Origin: Escherichia coli
GTDB lineage: Bacteria > Pseudomonadota > Gammaproteobacteria > Enterobacterales > Enterobacteriaceae
Direction: 5' to 3' (one strand)
Assembly (NCBI RefSeq): GCF_022846255.1
Contig: NZ_AP025682.1
DNA length: 64,000 nucleotides
This document shows, piece by piece, positions 18,066 through 28,245 of this stretch (its first letter is position 1; each line of letters opens with the position of its first letter). The translations under genes were made by a program, and so were the position numbers. The notes under the pieces are model-generated. The model was given only the letters and a program-made list of their open reading frames with translations. It was not told the origin of the DNA and searched no databases.

Positions 18066-18356
18066 TTGAAGAAGGAAAAGAACCAAGAGTGCACACAAGC
18101 CACCAAGACATCAAGACATCAAGACATCAAGACATCAAGACATCAAGACATCAAGTCTATCGAAATAAGTGATAACAGTGGAAAAGTTCAAGAGATTTCG
18201 GTTATGGAGTTCAAGGATACCAGAGGAGATGTTTTTTATGCTTACAACTATGCTTATTCTGGTAAAAAACCATCAAATGACGAAATCTATAAGGCTATTG
18301 ATGAGCTAAAGCCAATCGGTGAAAAATTCGAAATGTCTAAGACTATAAGCGATTAG
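18066..18356 (+). CDS. Hypothetical small protein containing an octanucleotide tandem repeat
   Basis: ORF track (TTG start, no SD); upstream ATG at 18047 with AAGGA SD is out of frame by one repeat unit. Confidence 0.4.
   Translation: MKKEKNQECTQATKTSRHQDIKTSRHQDIKSIEISDNSGKVQEISVMEFKDTRGDVFYAYNYAYSGKKPSNDEIYKAIDELKPIGEKFEMSKTISD
18102..18157 (+). repeat. Octanucleotide tandem repeat ATCAAGAC
   Basis: Five perfect units at 18110-18149 flanked by ACCAAGAC and ATCAAGTC; unit length is not a multiple of 3. Confidence 0.9.
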
Positions 18357-18518
18357 ATAAATCTGTTTTCAACATTGCAGCAAAATCATAGGAAGAACGC
18401 GACAAAGTTAACATGCTATCGCGAACAGTCGTTAACATCACCTAAAGTCAGCGAATCGCGATACATGGAAATGTCTGGGAAGAACGCCAAGAAGTAAGCG
18501 CAATTTGAACAAATGCGA

Positions 18519-18545
18519 ACCCGCCGAGTGCGGGTTTTCTTTTAT
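18519..18545 (+). terminator. Intrinsic terminator
   Basis: ACCCGC-CGAGT-GCGGGT followed by TTTCTTTTAT. Confidence 0.6.
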
Positions 18546-18586
18546 CTGAACTCGCTACGGCGGGTTTTGTTTTATGGAGACAAGAA

Positions 18587-18931
18587 ATGTCAGATTTGGC
18601 TATGAAGGTTTTGAAATGGCAATCGACTGGCGATGTTGGCATCAGTAGCGCAACTCTTGCCTCAATCGCATGTGGACTGAAAAAGAATATCTATGGTCAT
18701 AGCTTCGGTGCTCCACATGACGCAGCCGATTTCCGACGATGCGTTGCGCTTGTCGAGCAGATTCCAGAAATCAGGGATTCATTCGACAAGGTTGCAAAGC
18801 GCGTTCCGGCATTCAAAGGCATCCTCAACGAATGGGATTCTCTCGTTGCTCTGTTGAAGTCTGAAATGAAGATACACGGAAACAAAGCACCAGAGACTTA
18901 CAGAAGAATTAGCGAGTTACGCAAGGACTAA
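18587..18931 (+). CDS. Hypothetical protein, 114 aa, no recognisable family
   Basis: ORF track; ATG with GGAGA SD; MSDLAMKVLKWQSTGDVGISSATLASIACGLKK... Confidence 0.55.
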   Translation: MSDLAMKVLKWQSTGDVGISSATLASIACGLKKNIYGHSFGAPHDAADFRRCVALVEQIPEIRDSFDKVAKRVPAFKGILNEWDSLVALLKSEMKIHGNKAPETYRRISELRKD

Positions 18932-18989
18932 CCACAGCCTCACACTCGATGAGGCCCGTTCATTTCTCAAGATATCCAGACCTACCATT

Positions 18990-19012
18990 GCCGCATCAAT
19001 GCGGCTTTTCTT
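18990..19012 (+). terminator. Putative terminator before xis
   Basis: GCCGCA-TCAA-TGCGGC followed by TTTTCTT. Confidence 0.45.
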
Positions 19013-19036
19013 GCGTGTAATTGCGGAGACTTTGCG

Positions 19037-19255
19037 ATGTACTTGACACTTCAGGAGTGGAACGCACGCCAGCGACGCCCAAGAAGCCTTGAAACAGTTC
19101 GTCGATGGGTGCGCGAATGCAGGATATTCCCTCCTCCGGTTAAGGATGGAAGAGAGTATCTGTTCCACGAATCAGCGGTAAAGGTTGACTTAAATCGACC
19201 AGTAACAGGTAGCCTTTTGAAGAGGATCAGAAATGGGAAGAAGGCGAAGTCATGA
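19037..19255 (+). CDS. xis: Excisionase Xis
   Basis: 72 aa, MYLTLQEWNARQRRPRSLETVRRWVRECRIFPPPVKDGREYLFHESAVKVDL... near-identical to lambda Xis as recalled. Confidence 0.9.
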   Translation: MYLTLQEWNARQRRPRSLETVRRWVRECRIFPPPVKDGREYLFHESAVKVDLNRPVTGSLLKRIRNGKKAKS

Positions 19256-20306
19256 GCGCCGGGATTTACCCCCTAACCTTTATATAAGAAACAATGGATA
19301 TTACTGCTACAGGGACCCAAGGACGGGTAAAGAGTTCGGATTAGGCAGAGACAGGAGGATAGCAATTACTGAAGCAATACAGGCCAATATTGAGTTACTC
19401 TCAGACAGCGGACGCAAATCACTAATAGACAGAATTAAAGGCGGTGACGCAATCACTCTTCATGTGTGGCTTGACCGATATGAAACAATCCTCACCGAAA
19501 GGGGGATCAGGCCGAAAACTCTACTCGACTACGCCAGCAAAATCAGGGCAATCCGAAGAAAATTGCCGGACAAACCGCTCACTGACATATCAACGAAAGA
19601 AGTGGCAGCAATGCTAAACACCTACGTAGCAGAAGGTAAAGCAGCTTCCGCAAAATTAATCAGGTCAACCCTTGTTGACGTTTTTCGTGAAGCAATAGCC
19701 GAGGGGCATGTGGCAACGAATCCGGTAACAGCAACCCGTACAGCAAAGTCAGAAGTAAGGCGCTCAAGGCTGACAGCTAATGAGTATGTCGAGATTTACC
19801 ATGCAGCCGAACCTCTCCCTATCTGGCTAAGGCTGGCGATGGATTTGGCCGTCGTTACAGGGCAGAGAGTCGGCGATTTGTGCAGAATGAAATGGTCAGA
19901 CATAAACGACAACCATCTTCACATTGAACAGAGTAAAACAGGGGCTAAACTCGCCATTCCGCTAACGCTAACGATTGACGCGCTCAATATCTCATTGGCT
20001 GATACACTACAGAAATGCAGGGAGGCCAGCAGCAGTGAAACTATAATCGCATCAAAGCATCACGATCCGCTTTCCCCGAAAACAGTATCAAAGTATTTTA
20101 CAAAGGCGAGAAATGCATCTGGACTCTCATTTGATGGAAACCCGCCAACATTCCATGAACTGCGTAGCCTGTCAGCGAGGCTATACCGGAACCAGATTGG
20201 CGATAAGTTTGCTCAACGTCTTCTCGGGCATAAATCAGACTCAATGGCGGCGCGGTATAGGGACAGCCGTGGACGGGAATGGGACAAAATTGAAATCGAC
20301 AAATGA
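19233..20306 (+). CDS. int: Tyrosine integrase, lambda family, HK022-like
   Basis: 357 aa; N-terminal arm-binding domain identical to lambda Int, central and catalytic domains diverged; RSLSARLY and HKSD motifs. Confidence 0.95.
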   Translation: MGRRRSHERRDLPPNLYIRNNGYYCYRDPRTGKEFGLGRDRRIAITEAIQANIELLSDSGRKSLIDRIKGGDAITLHVWLDRYETILTERGIRPKTLLDYASKIRAIRRKLPDKPLTDISTKEVAAMLNTYVAEGKAASAKLIRSTLVDVFREAIAEGHVATNPVTATRTAKSEVRRSRLTANEYVEIYHAAEPLPIWLRLAMDLAVVTGQRVGDLCRMKWSDINDNHLHIEQSKTGAKLAIPLTLTIDALNISLADTLQKCREASSSETIIASKHHDPLSPKTVSKYFTKARNASGLSFDGNPPTFHELRSLSARLYRNQIGDKFAQRLLGHKSDSMAARYRDSRGREWDKIEIDK

Positions 20307-20400
20307 TTTTATTTTGACTAATAATGACCTGCCTACATTAATTCATTGATAATAAAAGAGATTTTAAATATACAACTTATTCACCTAAAGTGCACCGACC
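20307..20400. other. Approximate prophage-chromosome junction (attL)
   Basis: AT-rich 94 bp between int stop and torS start; core not located at nucleotide resolution. Confidence 0.35.
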
Positions 20401-23133
20401 GTGAATTTAACCCTGACCCGAAGACTCTGGATGGGCTTTGCCCTGATGGCGCTGTTAACCCTGACCAGTACCCTGGTGGGATGGTACAACCTGCGCTTTA
20501 TCAGCCTGGTGGAAAAAGACAACACTCAGGCATTGATTCCTACCATGAATATGGCGCGCCAGTTGAGCGAAGCCAGCGCCTGGGAACTTTTCGCCGCGCA
20601 GAACCTGACCAGTGCCGATAACGAAAAGATGTGGCAGGCGCAGGGGCGAATGCTCACCGCACAAAGCCTGAAGATTAATGCGTTGCTGCAAGCGTTACGG
20701 GAACAAGGTTTTGACACCACCGCTATTGAACAACAGGAGCAGGAGATCTCCCGTTCGTTACGTCAGCAAGGGGAACTGGTGGGACAGCGTTTGCAACTGC
20801 GCCAGCAACAACAGCAACTCAGTCAGCAGATAGTCGCCGCCGCCGATGAGATCGCACGCCTGGCGCAAGGTCAGGCGAATAATGCGGCAACCTCCGCCGG
20901 AGCGACCCAGGCCGGGATTTACGATTTGATCGAACAACATCAGCGTCAGGCCGCAGAAAGTGCACTCGATCGGCTGATTGATATCGATCTTGAGTATGTT
21001 AACCAGATGAATGAACTGCGCCTTAGCGCCCTACGGGTGCAGCAAATGGTGATGAATCTGGGGCTGGAACAGATCCAGAAAAATGCGCCAACGCTGGAAA
21101 AGCAGCTCAATAATGCGGTGAAAATTCTGCAACGTCGGCAAATACGCATTGAAGATCCGGGTGTTCGTACTCAGGTAGCAACAACGTTAACTACCGTTAG
21201 CCAATATAGCGATTTGCTGGCGCTGTATCAGCAGGACAGTGAAATCAGCAATCACCTGCAAACTCTCGCCCAAAATAACATCGCCCAATTCGCGCAGTTT
21301 AGTAGCGAAGTCAGTCAGCTGGTCGACACCATTGAGCTGCGTAATCAGCACGGACTGGCGCATCTGGAAAAAGCCAGTGCACGCGGGCAATACAGCCTGT
21401 TATTGCTGGGGATGGTTTCACTTTGCGCACTGATACTGATCCTCTGGCGCGTGGTTTATCGCTCAGTCACGCGTCCACTTGCCGAACAAACGCAGGCACT
21501 GCAACGACTGCTGGACGGTGATATTGACTCCCCTTTCCCGGAAACCGCTGGCGTACGGGAACTGGACACCATCGGGCGGCTGATGGATGCGTTTCGCAGC
21601 AGTGTTCATGCACTGAATCGCCACCGTGAACAGTTGGCGGCGCAGGTCAAAGCGCGTACAGCTGAATTGCAGGAACTGGTGATAGAACACCGACAGGCAC
21701 GGGCGGAAGCAGAAAAAGCCAACCAGGCAAAATCAGCGTTTCTGGCGGCGATGAGCCATGAGATCCGCACACCGCTGTACGGTATTCTCGGTACCGCACA
21801 GCTACTGGCAGATAACCCCGCACTTAACGCTCAGCGTGATGATTTGCGGGCAATTACCGACTCTGGCGAATCGTTGCTGACCATCCTCAACGATATTCTC
21901 GATTATTCGGCTATCGAAGCAGGCGGCAAGAATGTTTCGGTCAGCGATGAACCCTTTGAACCGCGCCCGTTGCTGGAAAGTACCCTGCAATTAATGAGCG
22001 GACGGGTGAAAGGTCGCCCGATTCGCCTGGCAACGGCAATTGCCGACGATGTACCGACTGCGTTAATGGGCGATCCGCGGCGTATTCGTCAGGTCATTAC
22101 CAACCTGTTGAGCAACGCCCTGCGTTTCACCGACGAAGGGCACATTATCCTGCGTAGTCGCACTGATGGCGAACAATGGCTGGTCGAAGTGGAAGACAGC
22201 GGTTGCGGTATTGATCCCGCGAAACTGGCAGAAATCTTCCAGCCATTTGTTCAGGTAAGCAGCAAACGCGGCGGAACCGGGCTGGGGCTGACTATCAGTA
22301 GCCGTCTGGCCCAGGCGATGGGCGGCGAACTGAGCGCCACCAGCACGCCGGAGGTTGGAAGCTGTTTTTGTTTACGCTTGCCGTTACGTATTGCCACTGC
22401 ACCCGTGCCAAAAACAGTCAATCAGGCGGTACGTCTGGACGATTTGCGTTTGCTGTTAATTGAAGATAACCCGCTCACCCAGCGAATTACTGTCGAAATG
22501 CTGAACACCAGTGGTGCGCAGGTCGTTGCAGTAGGAAATGCCGCGCAGGCTTTAGAGACACTGCAAAATAGTGAACCATTTGCTGTCGCACTGGTGGATT
22601 TTGATCTGCCGGATATCGACGGCATTACGCTTGCCCGGCAACTGGCACAGCAATATCCGTCGCTGGTTTTGATTGGCTTTAGCGCTCATGTCATCGACGA
22701 AACACTGCGCCAGCGTACCAGTTCGCTATTTCGCGGGATTATCCCTAAACCGGTGCCGCGTGAAGTGCTCGCTCAATTACTGGCGCACTATCTCCAACTG
22801 CAAGTCAAAAATGATCAACCGCTGGATGTATCGCAACTCAATGAAGATGCTCATTTAATGGGGGCGGAGAAGATCCACGAATGGCTGATATTATTTAAAC
22901 AACATGCCCTGCCGCTTCTCGATGAAATCGACATTGCCCGCGCCAGTCAGGATAACGAGAAAATAAAGCGTGCCGCACATCAGCTAAAAAGCAGTTGCTC
23001 GAGTCTGGGAATGCGTAGCGCCAGCCAGCAATGCGCACAACTGGAGCAGCAGCCATTATCTGCCCCCCTTCCACACGAAGAAATTACACGCAGTGTTGCC
23101 GCTCTGGAAGCATGGTTAATAAGAAAGACCTGA
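20401..23133 (+). CDS. torS: TorS hybrid sensor kinase
   Basis: 910 aa, [33 protein letters not shown]..., HisKA/HATPase/receiver/HPt; GTG start. Confidence 0.95.
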   Translation: MNLTLTRRLWMGFALMALLTLTSTLVGWYNLRFISLVEKDNTQALIPTMNMARQLSEASAWELFAAQNLTSADNEKMWQAQGRMLTAQSLKINALLQALREQGFDTTAIEQQEQEISRSLRQQGELVGQRLQLRQQQQQLSQQIVAAADEIARLAQGQANNAATSAGATQAGIYDLIEQHQRQAAESALDRLIDIDLEYVNQMNELRLSALRVQQMVMNLGLEQIQKNAPTLEKQLNNAVKILQRRQIRIEDPGVRTQVATTLTTVSQYSDLLALYQQDSEISNHLQTLAQNNIAQFAQFSSEVSQLVDTIELRNQHGLAHLEKASARGQYSLLLLGMVSLCALILILWRVVYRSVTRPLAEQTQALQRLLDGDIDSPFPETAGVRELDTIGRLMDAFRSSVHALNRHREQLAAQVKARTAELQELVIEHRQARAEAEKANQAKSAFLAAMSHEIRTPLYGILGTAQLLADNPALNAQRDDLRAITDSGESLLTILNDILDYSAIEAGGKNVSVSDEPFEPRPLLESTLQLMSGRVKGRPIRLATAIADDVPTALMGDPRRIRQVITNLLSNALRFTDEGHIILRSRTDGEQWLVEVEDSGCGIDPAKLAEIFQPFVQVSSKRGGTGLGLTISSRLAQAMGGELSATSTPEVGSCFCLRLPLRIATAPVPKTVNQAVRLDDLRLLLIEDNPLTQRITVEMLNTSGAQVVAVGNAAQALETLQNSEPFAVALVDFDLPDIDGITLARQLAQQYPSLVLIGFSAHVIDETLRQRTSSLFRGIIPKPVPREVLAQLLAHYLQLQVKNDQPLDVSQLNEDAHLMGAEKIHEWLILFKQHALPLLDEIDIARASQDNEKIKRAAHQLKSSCSSLGMRSASQQCAQLEQQPLSAPLPHEEITRSVAALEAWLIRKT

Positions 23134-23215
23134 ACGCGATTTGAATCAATATCAGCCAGTTAAGAACAACTAGAATAGTGGCATTTGGTATGCAACTTAA
23201 CGGACTGGCAAAATC

Positions 23216-24289
23216 ATGGCAGAGAAAAAAAGAACCCGCTGGCAGCGGCGGCCAGGCACGACGGGCGGCAAATTACCGTGGAATGACTGGCGCAATGCCA
23301 CGACCTGGCGTAAAGCGACGCAATTATTACTGTTGGCAATTAATATTTATATTGCCATCACGTTCTGGTATTGGGTGCGCTATTACGAAACGGCAGGTAG
23401 TACGACATTTGTCGCCAGACCGGGAGGTATCGAAGGCTGGCTACCGATTGCCGGTCTGATGAATCTGAAATATAGCCTTGCAACAGGTCAGTTACCGTCC
23501 GTCCACGCCGCCGCGATGCTGTTATTGGTCGCTTTTATCGTCATCAGTCTATTACTCAAAAAGGCCTTTTGTTCATGGTTATGCCCGGTTGGTACGCTTT
23601 CGGAATTAATCGGCGATCTCGGTAACAAACTGTTTGGTCGGCAATTTGTCCTTCCCCGCTGGCTGGATATTCCTCTGCGCGGCGTGAAGTATTTGCTGTT
23701 GAGTTTTTTTCTCTATATCGCGTTATTGATGCCCGCTCAGGCGATTCACTATTTTATGTTGTCGCCCTACAGCGTGGTGATGGACGTTAAAATGCTCGAT
23801 TTCTTTCGTCATATGGGGACCGCGACATTAATCAGCATGATCGTTTTGCTGATTGCCAGCCTGATTATTCGCCATGCCTGGTGTCGTTATCTTTGCCCAT
23901 ATGGCGCGCTGATGAGCGTGGTTTCGCTATTATCGCCGTTTAAGATTCGTCGCAATGCCGAAAGTTGTATCGATTGTGGCAAATGCGCAAAAAGTTGCCC
24001 ATCACGGATCCCGGTCGATAAATTAATTCAGGTACGAACAGTGGAATGTACCGGCTGTATGACTTGCGTAGAGTCATGTCCGGTAGCCTCAACATTGACC
24101 TTTTCACTGCAAAAACCTGCGGCAAATAAAAAAGCCTTTGCGTTGTCTGGCTGGTTAATGACGCTACTGGTTATGGGGATTATGTTTGCGGCGATTGGTT
24201 ACGCAATGTATGCGGGAGTATGGCAAAGCCCGGTGCCGGAGGAATTGTACCAACGCTTAATTCCGCAATCGCCAATGATTGGTCACTAA
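23216..24289 (+). CDS. yccM: YccM, 4Fe-4S membrane protein
   Basis: 357 aa, polytopic, CxxCxxCxxxCP ferredoxin motifs. Confidence 0.9.
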   Translation: MAEKKRTRWQRRPGTTGGKLPWNDWRNATTWRKATQLLLLAINIYIAITFWYWVRYYETAGSTTFVARPGGIEGWLPIAGLMNLKYSLATGQLPSVHAAAMLLLVAFIVISLLLKKAFCSWLCPVGTLSELIGDLGNKLFGRQFVLPRWLDIPLRGVKYLLLSFFLYIALLMPAQAIHYFMLSPYSVVMDVKMLDFFRHMGTATLISMIVLLIASLIIRHAWCRYLCPYGALMSVVSLLSPFKIRRNAESCIDCGKCAKSCPSRIPVDKLIQVRTVECTGCMTCVESCPVASTLTFSLQKPAANKKAFALSGWLMTLLVMGIMFAAIGYAMYAGVWQSPVPEELYQRLIPQSPMIGH

Positions 24290-24337
24290 ATTAGCAACAA
24301 GCGGAACATCACCTCGCACGGGGTGATGTTCACAAAA

Positions 24338-24511
24338 TCACATTATTTTGATTTTGACATCATAACTTTCAAGCCCGGTCATTTTTTCTCGTGCGGTGAA
24401 GCGAATTTCAGAGACTTCTTTCCCTGTATTCTTGTTCAGCTCGGCGATTTTTTGCGCGATAAAGTCGGCGATTTCCGTTTCGGCTTGTTTTTTTAACTCT
24501 TCAATATTCAC
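24338..24511 (-). CDS. gnsA: GnsA
   Basis: Manual translation from GTG: MNIEELKKQAETEIADFIAQKIAELNKNTGKEVSEIRFTAREKMTGLESYDVKIKIM. Confidence 0.75.
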   Translation of the reverse strand: MNIEELKKQAETEIADFIAQKIAELNKNTGKEVSEIRFTAREKMTGLESYDVKIKIM

Positions 24512-24731
24512 TGTTAACCTCTTCTGGTCTTAAAAGACAGCAACACGCCAGTAAGGTGTTGGTTCCCGGTACCCTGGTCAGGTAAGAAATGTTATAAGCC
24601 ATCTCCCCGAAAGATTCAATAATCAACAGGTTATCGCTTACTATACATACAGCGTTGAAGAAAAATAAGGCAGATATAAAAAAGGCTCCACGAGGGAGCC
24701 TGATATTATTTTGTGAAATCCAGCGGCGCAT
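24501..24731 (-). CDS. ymcE: YmcE
   Basis: Internal Met of ORF 24501..24764: MRRWISQNNIRLPRGAFFISALFFFNAVCIV... Confidence 0.65.
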   Translation of the reverse strand: MRRWISQNNIRLPRGAFFISALFFFNAVCIVSDNLLIIESFGEMAYNISYLTRVPGTNTLLACCCLLRPEEVNSEY

Positions 24732-24904
24732 GGTCAGTGCGTATTTGCAGCGCAACGTTATCAAAGGTGATCATCGTCGATTTACAAAAAATGCACTTTG
24801 CACCCAAAGGATTTCGCTCCGTCACATCGAATGCCGATGTGCGGTACTGTGAACCATGGCAACATGGACAGCGGAAATGGAGATGTTGAGTAATAACGGC
24901 AACC

Positions 24905-25117
24905 TTAGAGTGTAACAACGTTCGCTGCCGCGGGACCACGTTGCCCCTGCTCAATAGAAAATTCAACTTTCTGATTTTCGTTCAGCGTGCGGAATTCATT
25001 GCTCTGGATGGCAGTGAAATGGACGAAAACGTCTTTGCTGCCATCATCAGGAGTGATAAAGCCAAAACCTTTATCTGCGTTAAACCATTTTACTAAACCA
25101 GTCATTTTATTAGACAT
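24905..25117 (-). CDS. cspG: Cold-shock protein CspG
   Basis: 70 aa, [34 protein letters not shown]... Confidence 0.9.
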   Translation of the reverse strand: MSNKMTGLVKWFNADKGFGFITPDDGSKDVFVHFTAIQSNEFRTLNENQKVEFSIEQGQRGPAAANVVTL

Positions 25118-25402
25118 ATTTTACTTCCTTCATTTTGGGCCTTTCGGCAAACAGGGCTTTAATACAGAAACTACTTAGTGTTCAGGAGAGAGACTCAAAA
25201 GAAGGGGATAATGCCTGATAATGAGAACTGCTTTAGTAAACTACTTTGTATGCTGTCTGTCTTTCAAACCGACGCAGCTATTAACGCATGATAATTGAGA
25301 TTAAGCAAATTTTATTTTAGCCGTCCGGCGGTCTTAAATATCGCTGGCTTTATTTTATTAACCCCGTATAGTGCAGCGCAGTATTTTCAGTAAGGAATTT
25401 GT

Positions 25403-25615
25403 TTGTCCCGTAAAATGACAGGAATTGTCAAAACCTTTGATCGCAAAAGCGGCAAAGGATTCATTATCCCCTCCGACGGTCGTAAAGAAGTCCAGGTCCA
25501 TATTTCCGCATTCACTCCCCGCGACGCAGAAGTGCTTATACCAGGATTACGCGTGGAATTTTGCCGCGTAAATGGCCTGCGTGGACCAACAGCGGCAAAT
25601 GTTTATTTGTCTTGA
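25403..25615 (+). CDS. cspH: CspH-like cold-shock-domain protein
   Basis: 70 aa, [33 protein letters not shown]... Confidence 0.8.
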
Positions 25616-26913
25616 TGGAGAGCGCACGCTGGTATGCGTGCTTCATTCACGATTTGCGTAAAACCGGCCAACGAACACATGCCCTGCGCATTTCGCTCTT
25701 CACATCCTGCCAGGGTCAGTTTCACCTCTCCGGGCGGCGTATTTAATGATAGCGGCGTTTTATCACGCATCTGCTGTAAAGTCTGGAAGACCAGCGAAAC
25801 CTGAATCCACTGGCTGTTATCGCTGAGCCGACGCCAGCGTTCAAACACCAGTTCACCACCTGGCGGCGTGTTATCCGGCTGACCTGGAAGTGTCCAGTTG
25901 AGCTCCAGTGCGCCGCCGAGATTTGCCAGATTAGTATCGTGTCCGGCAATAAACAGCACTGAAGTGGGTAATGTCACACCATACGCCTGTTTTTGCGATG
26001 GATGGGGCGTCAACGCTGCCATGATCAAATCCAATAACGGGGTGGCGCGACTGCGGGCAACCTCTGGCGTGCGTTGTAGTAAATAAAATTGCGCGTTATG
26101 TAGACTTAGCAAGGTGTTCCACTGGTGTGAATCGGTGATCCTTCCCCACCCCGGCTCCGGCATTCCCTGTGCTTGTTGCAGGAGAAATATCTCCGTCAGC
26201 ATTGATGCGAGGCTTACCGCACCGGTTAATGAGACATTGTCGGCGCTCACCTTGAGTTCCGATGGTAATGCCTGCGTTAATGAACAGCTTTCGTCCTGTT
26301 TCTTACGGTTAAGGCACAAGTTTGATTGCGGGAAATTAAGCACCCGTTCCAGTTCGCGAAACGCCGTTTGCCGATGCCCGGCAAAGTCAGCAATTGCCCC
26401 TCCTGCCCTACTGAGGATCGCGTCAGTCACGTTCGCGTTATCCAGTTGGCAAACGCCAGTTTTTAGAGGATTAAATAACGGATCGGGACTGGACGTATCT
26501 GCCTGGGTATGTACGGTTATTGCACAGTCAGGTTCCAGCCCGGCGGCGAAGGCTTCGCCTGTTTTACGGGTACGTTCGTCGACATCAGCAATAACCGCGA
26601 CCTGACCTGGCTGCGGGCAGCCCTTTTTTGCCAGCAATCCGTCGGCCACCAGACGCTGGCGTTGGTAATGTCCGAGATAAGCGATTAACTCACCACCGCG
26701 CGGTGTCAGCCAACCCAGTTTTACCGGCCAGGTTGGCCATGCGTCAGGGGTGACATCCTGCATCAGTTGCGTGGCCTTGGTTGGTGCACGCACACCGTGA
26801 CGACTGACAATCACCACACTTTCCAGCTTCAGCTCCGGCTCACTCTGAGCGAATGCAGATTTCGGTGTTAACGGAATCAGAAGAGATAAGAATGGGATCA
26901 AGATCGCTTTCAT
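25603..26913 (-). CDS. appA: AppA periplasmic acid phosphatase/phytase
   Basis: [46 protein letters not shown]..., RHGxRxP motif. Confidence 0.95.
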
Positions 26914-26992
26914 CGATATGTTTCCGCTTTTCATATCCGACATTATTGATTGCCTGATGCGACGCTAATGCGCCTCATCAGGCTTACCTTCG

Positions 26993-27085
26993 TTAACTTT
27001 TCAATCGCGGGTCCAGCCATACCAACACAAGGGTGGAGAGCGAACACATCAACAAAATGCCGACGAACCAAAGTAAATACCACAT
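26993..27085 (-). CDS. appX: AppX (cytochrome bd-II small subunit)
   Basis: Manual translation MWYLLWFVGILLMCSLSTLVLVWLDPRLKS, 30 aa, between appB and appA. Confidence 0.7.
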   Translation of the reverse strand: MWYLLWFVGILLMCSLSTLVLVWLDPRLKS

Positions 27086-27097
27086 TGTTCCTGCTCC

Positions 27098-28234
27098 TTA
27101 GTACAGCTCGTTTTCGTTACGGCGGAGAGTTTCTGTCGTCATGCGCCCCCACATTTTGTAGTAGCTCCAGAGAGTGTAGAGCAACACAATGGGCAAAAAT
27201 ATCAGCACGATTACCAACATAATGCTCAGCGTCAGCTGACTGGAAGTGCTGTCCCACAACGTCAGGCTGGAGATCGGACTCACGCTTGACGGCATGACAA
27301 AGGGGAACAGCGTGATGCCTGCCGTGAAAATCACGCCAAATTGCATCAATGACGCCATCAAAAATCCCCAACCCGGGCGACCACGATAAATCGCCATCAC
27401 CGTCAGCAATGGGCAGAAGAACCCCAGCAGCGGGAAGATCCACAAAACGGGCGATTCGACGAAATTATTCATCCAGACACCAGGTAGCACTGCCACCAGT
27501 TTCATTAACGGATTGGAAGGACCGTTAGCATCCTGGGCGAGCAGTACAAAGCCATCAATACCAACCCACAGCCAGTAACCCGCCAGCAAAAAGCACAGCA
27601 TCACCAGTAGTGCGGCGCGTTTGGTCGCCAGCTGTGAACGCAGATGAATCACACCAACAGTTTTCAGTTGTAACCAGACGCCACCTTGCAAAATCACCAT
27701 CCCAAGACTGAGCAATCCACACAATAAAGGGAATGGCGTCAGCAGTTGCCAGAAGCTGCCGAGATATTCCACGCGTAATTGCGGTGTGAAAGCAAACGGC
27801 ACGCCGAGCAGCAAGTTGCCGAATGCAATACCGAAGACTACCGGCGGCACCAGACTGCCGATGACCAGTCCGGCATCCCACATTTTACGCCAGCGTGCAT
27901 CGGCGATTTTTCCGCGATAATCAAAGGCCAGCGGGCGGAAGAACAGCGAGCACAGCACCAGAATCATCGCCACATAAAAGCCGGAAAACGCCGCTGCATA
28001 CACTCTGGGCCAGGCGGCAAATAATGCCCCACCTGCGAGGATCAACCAGACCTGATTACCTTCCCAGTGCGCGCCAACGCTGTTTATCACTATCCGACGT
28101 TCATCATCATTACGCGCCACCAGCGGCAGCAGACAGCCGATCCCCATGTCAAATCCGTCGGAGATCATAAAGACCACCAGGATCACGCCAATAAGCAGCC
28201 ACCAGATGAAGCGCAATGTTTCATAATCAAACAT
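27098..28234 (-). CDS. appB: Cytochrome bd-II oxidase subunit II
   Basis: 378 aa polytopic membrane protein. Confidence 0.95.
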   Translation of the reverse strand: MFDYETLRFIWWLLIGVILVVFMISDGFDMGIGCLLPLVARNDDERRIVINSVGAHWEGNQVWLILAGGALFAAWPRVYAAAFSGFYVAMILVLCSLFFRPLAFDYRGKIADARWRKMWDAGLVIGSLVPPVVFGIAFGNLLLGVPFAFTPQLRVEYLGSFWQLLTPFPLLCGLLSLGMVILQGGVWLQLKTVGVIHLRSQLATKRAALLVMLCFLLAGYWLWVGIDGFVLLAQDANGPSNPLMKLVAVLPGVWMNNFVESPVLWIFPLLGFFCPLLTVMAIYRGRPGWGFLMASLMQFGVIFTAGITLFPFVMPSSVSPISSLTLWDSTSSQLTLSIMLVIVLIFLPIVLLYTLWSYYKMWGRMTTETLRRNENELY

Positions 28235-28245
28235 GATTTTCTCCT

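Larger units (their letters stand above)
1..20400. mobile_element. Lambdoid mosaic prophage, one arm (terminase to int); continues beyond window start
   Basis: Contiguous lambda/P22/phage-21-like genes in canonical prophage order ending with xis-int next to torS. Confidence 0.9.

Noticed and set aside
20346-20720. ORFs 20346..20621 (+) and 20455..20691 / 20526..20720 (-) around the torS start
   Set aside because: They overlap the well-supported torS frame or the att region and have no start signals. Frame artefacts.
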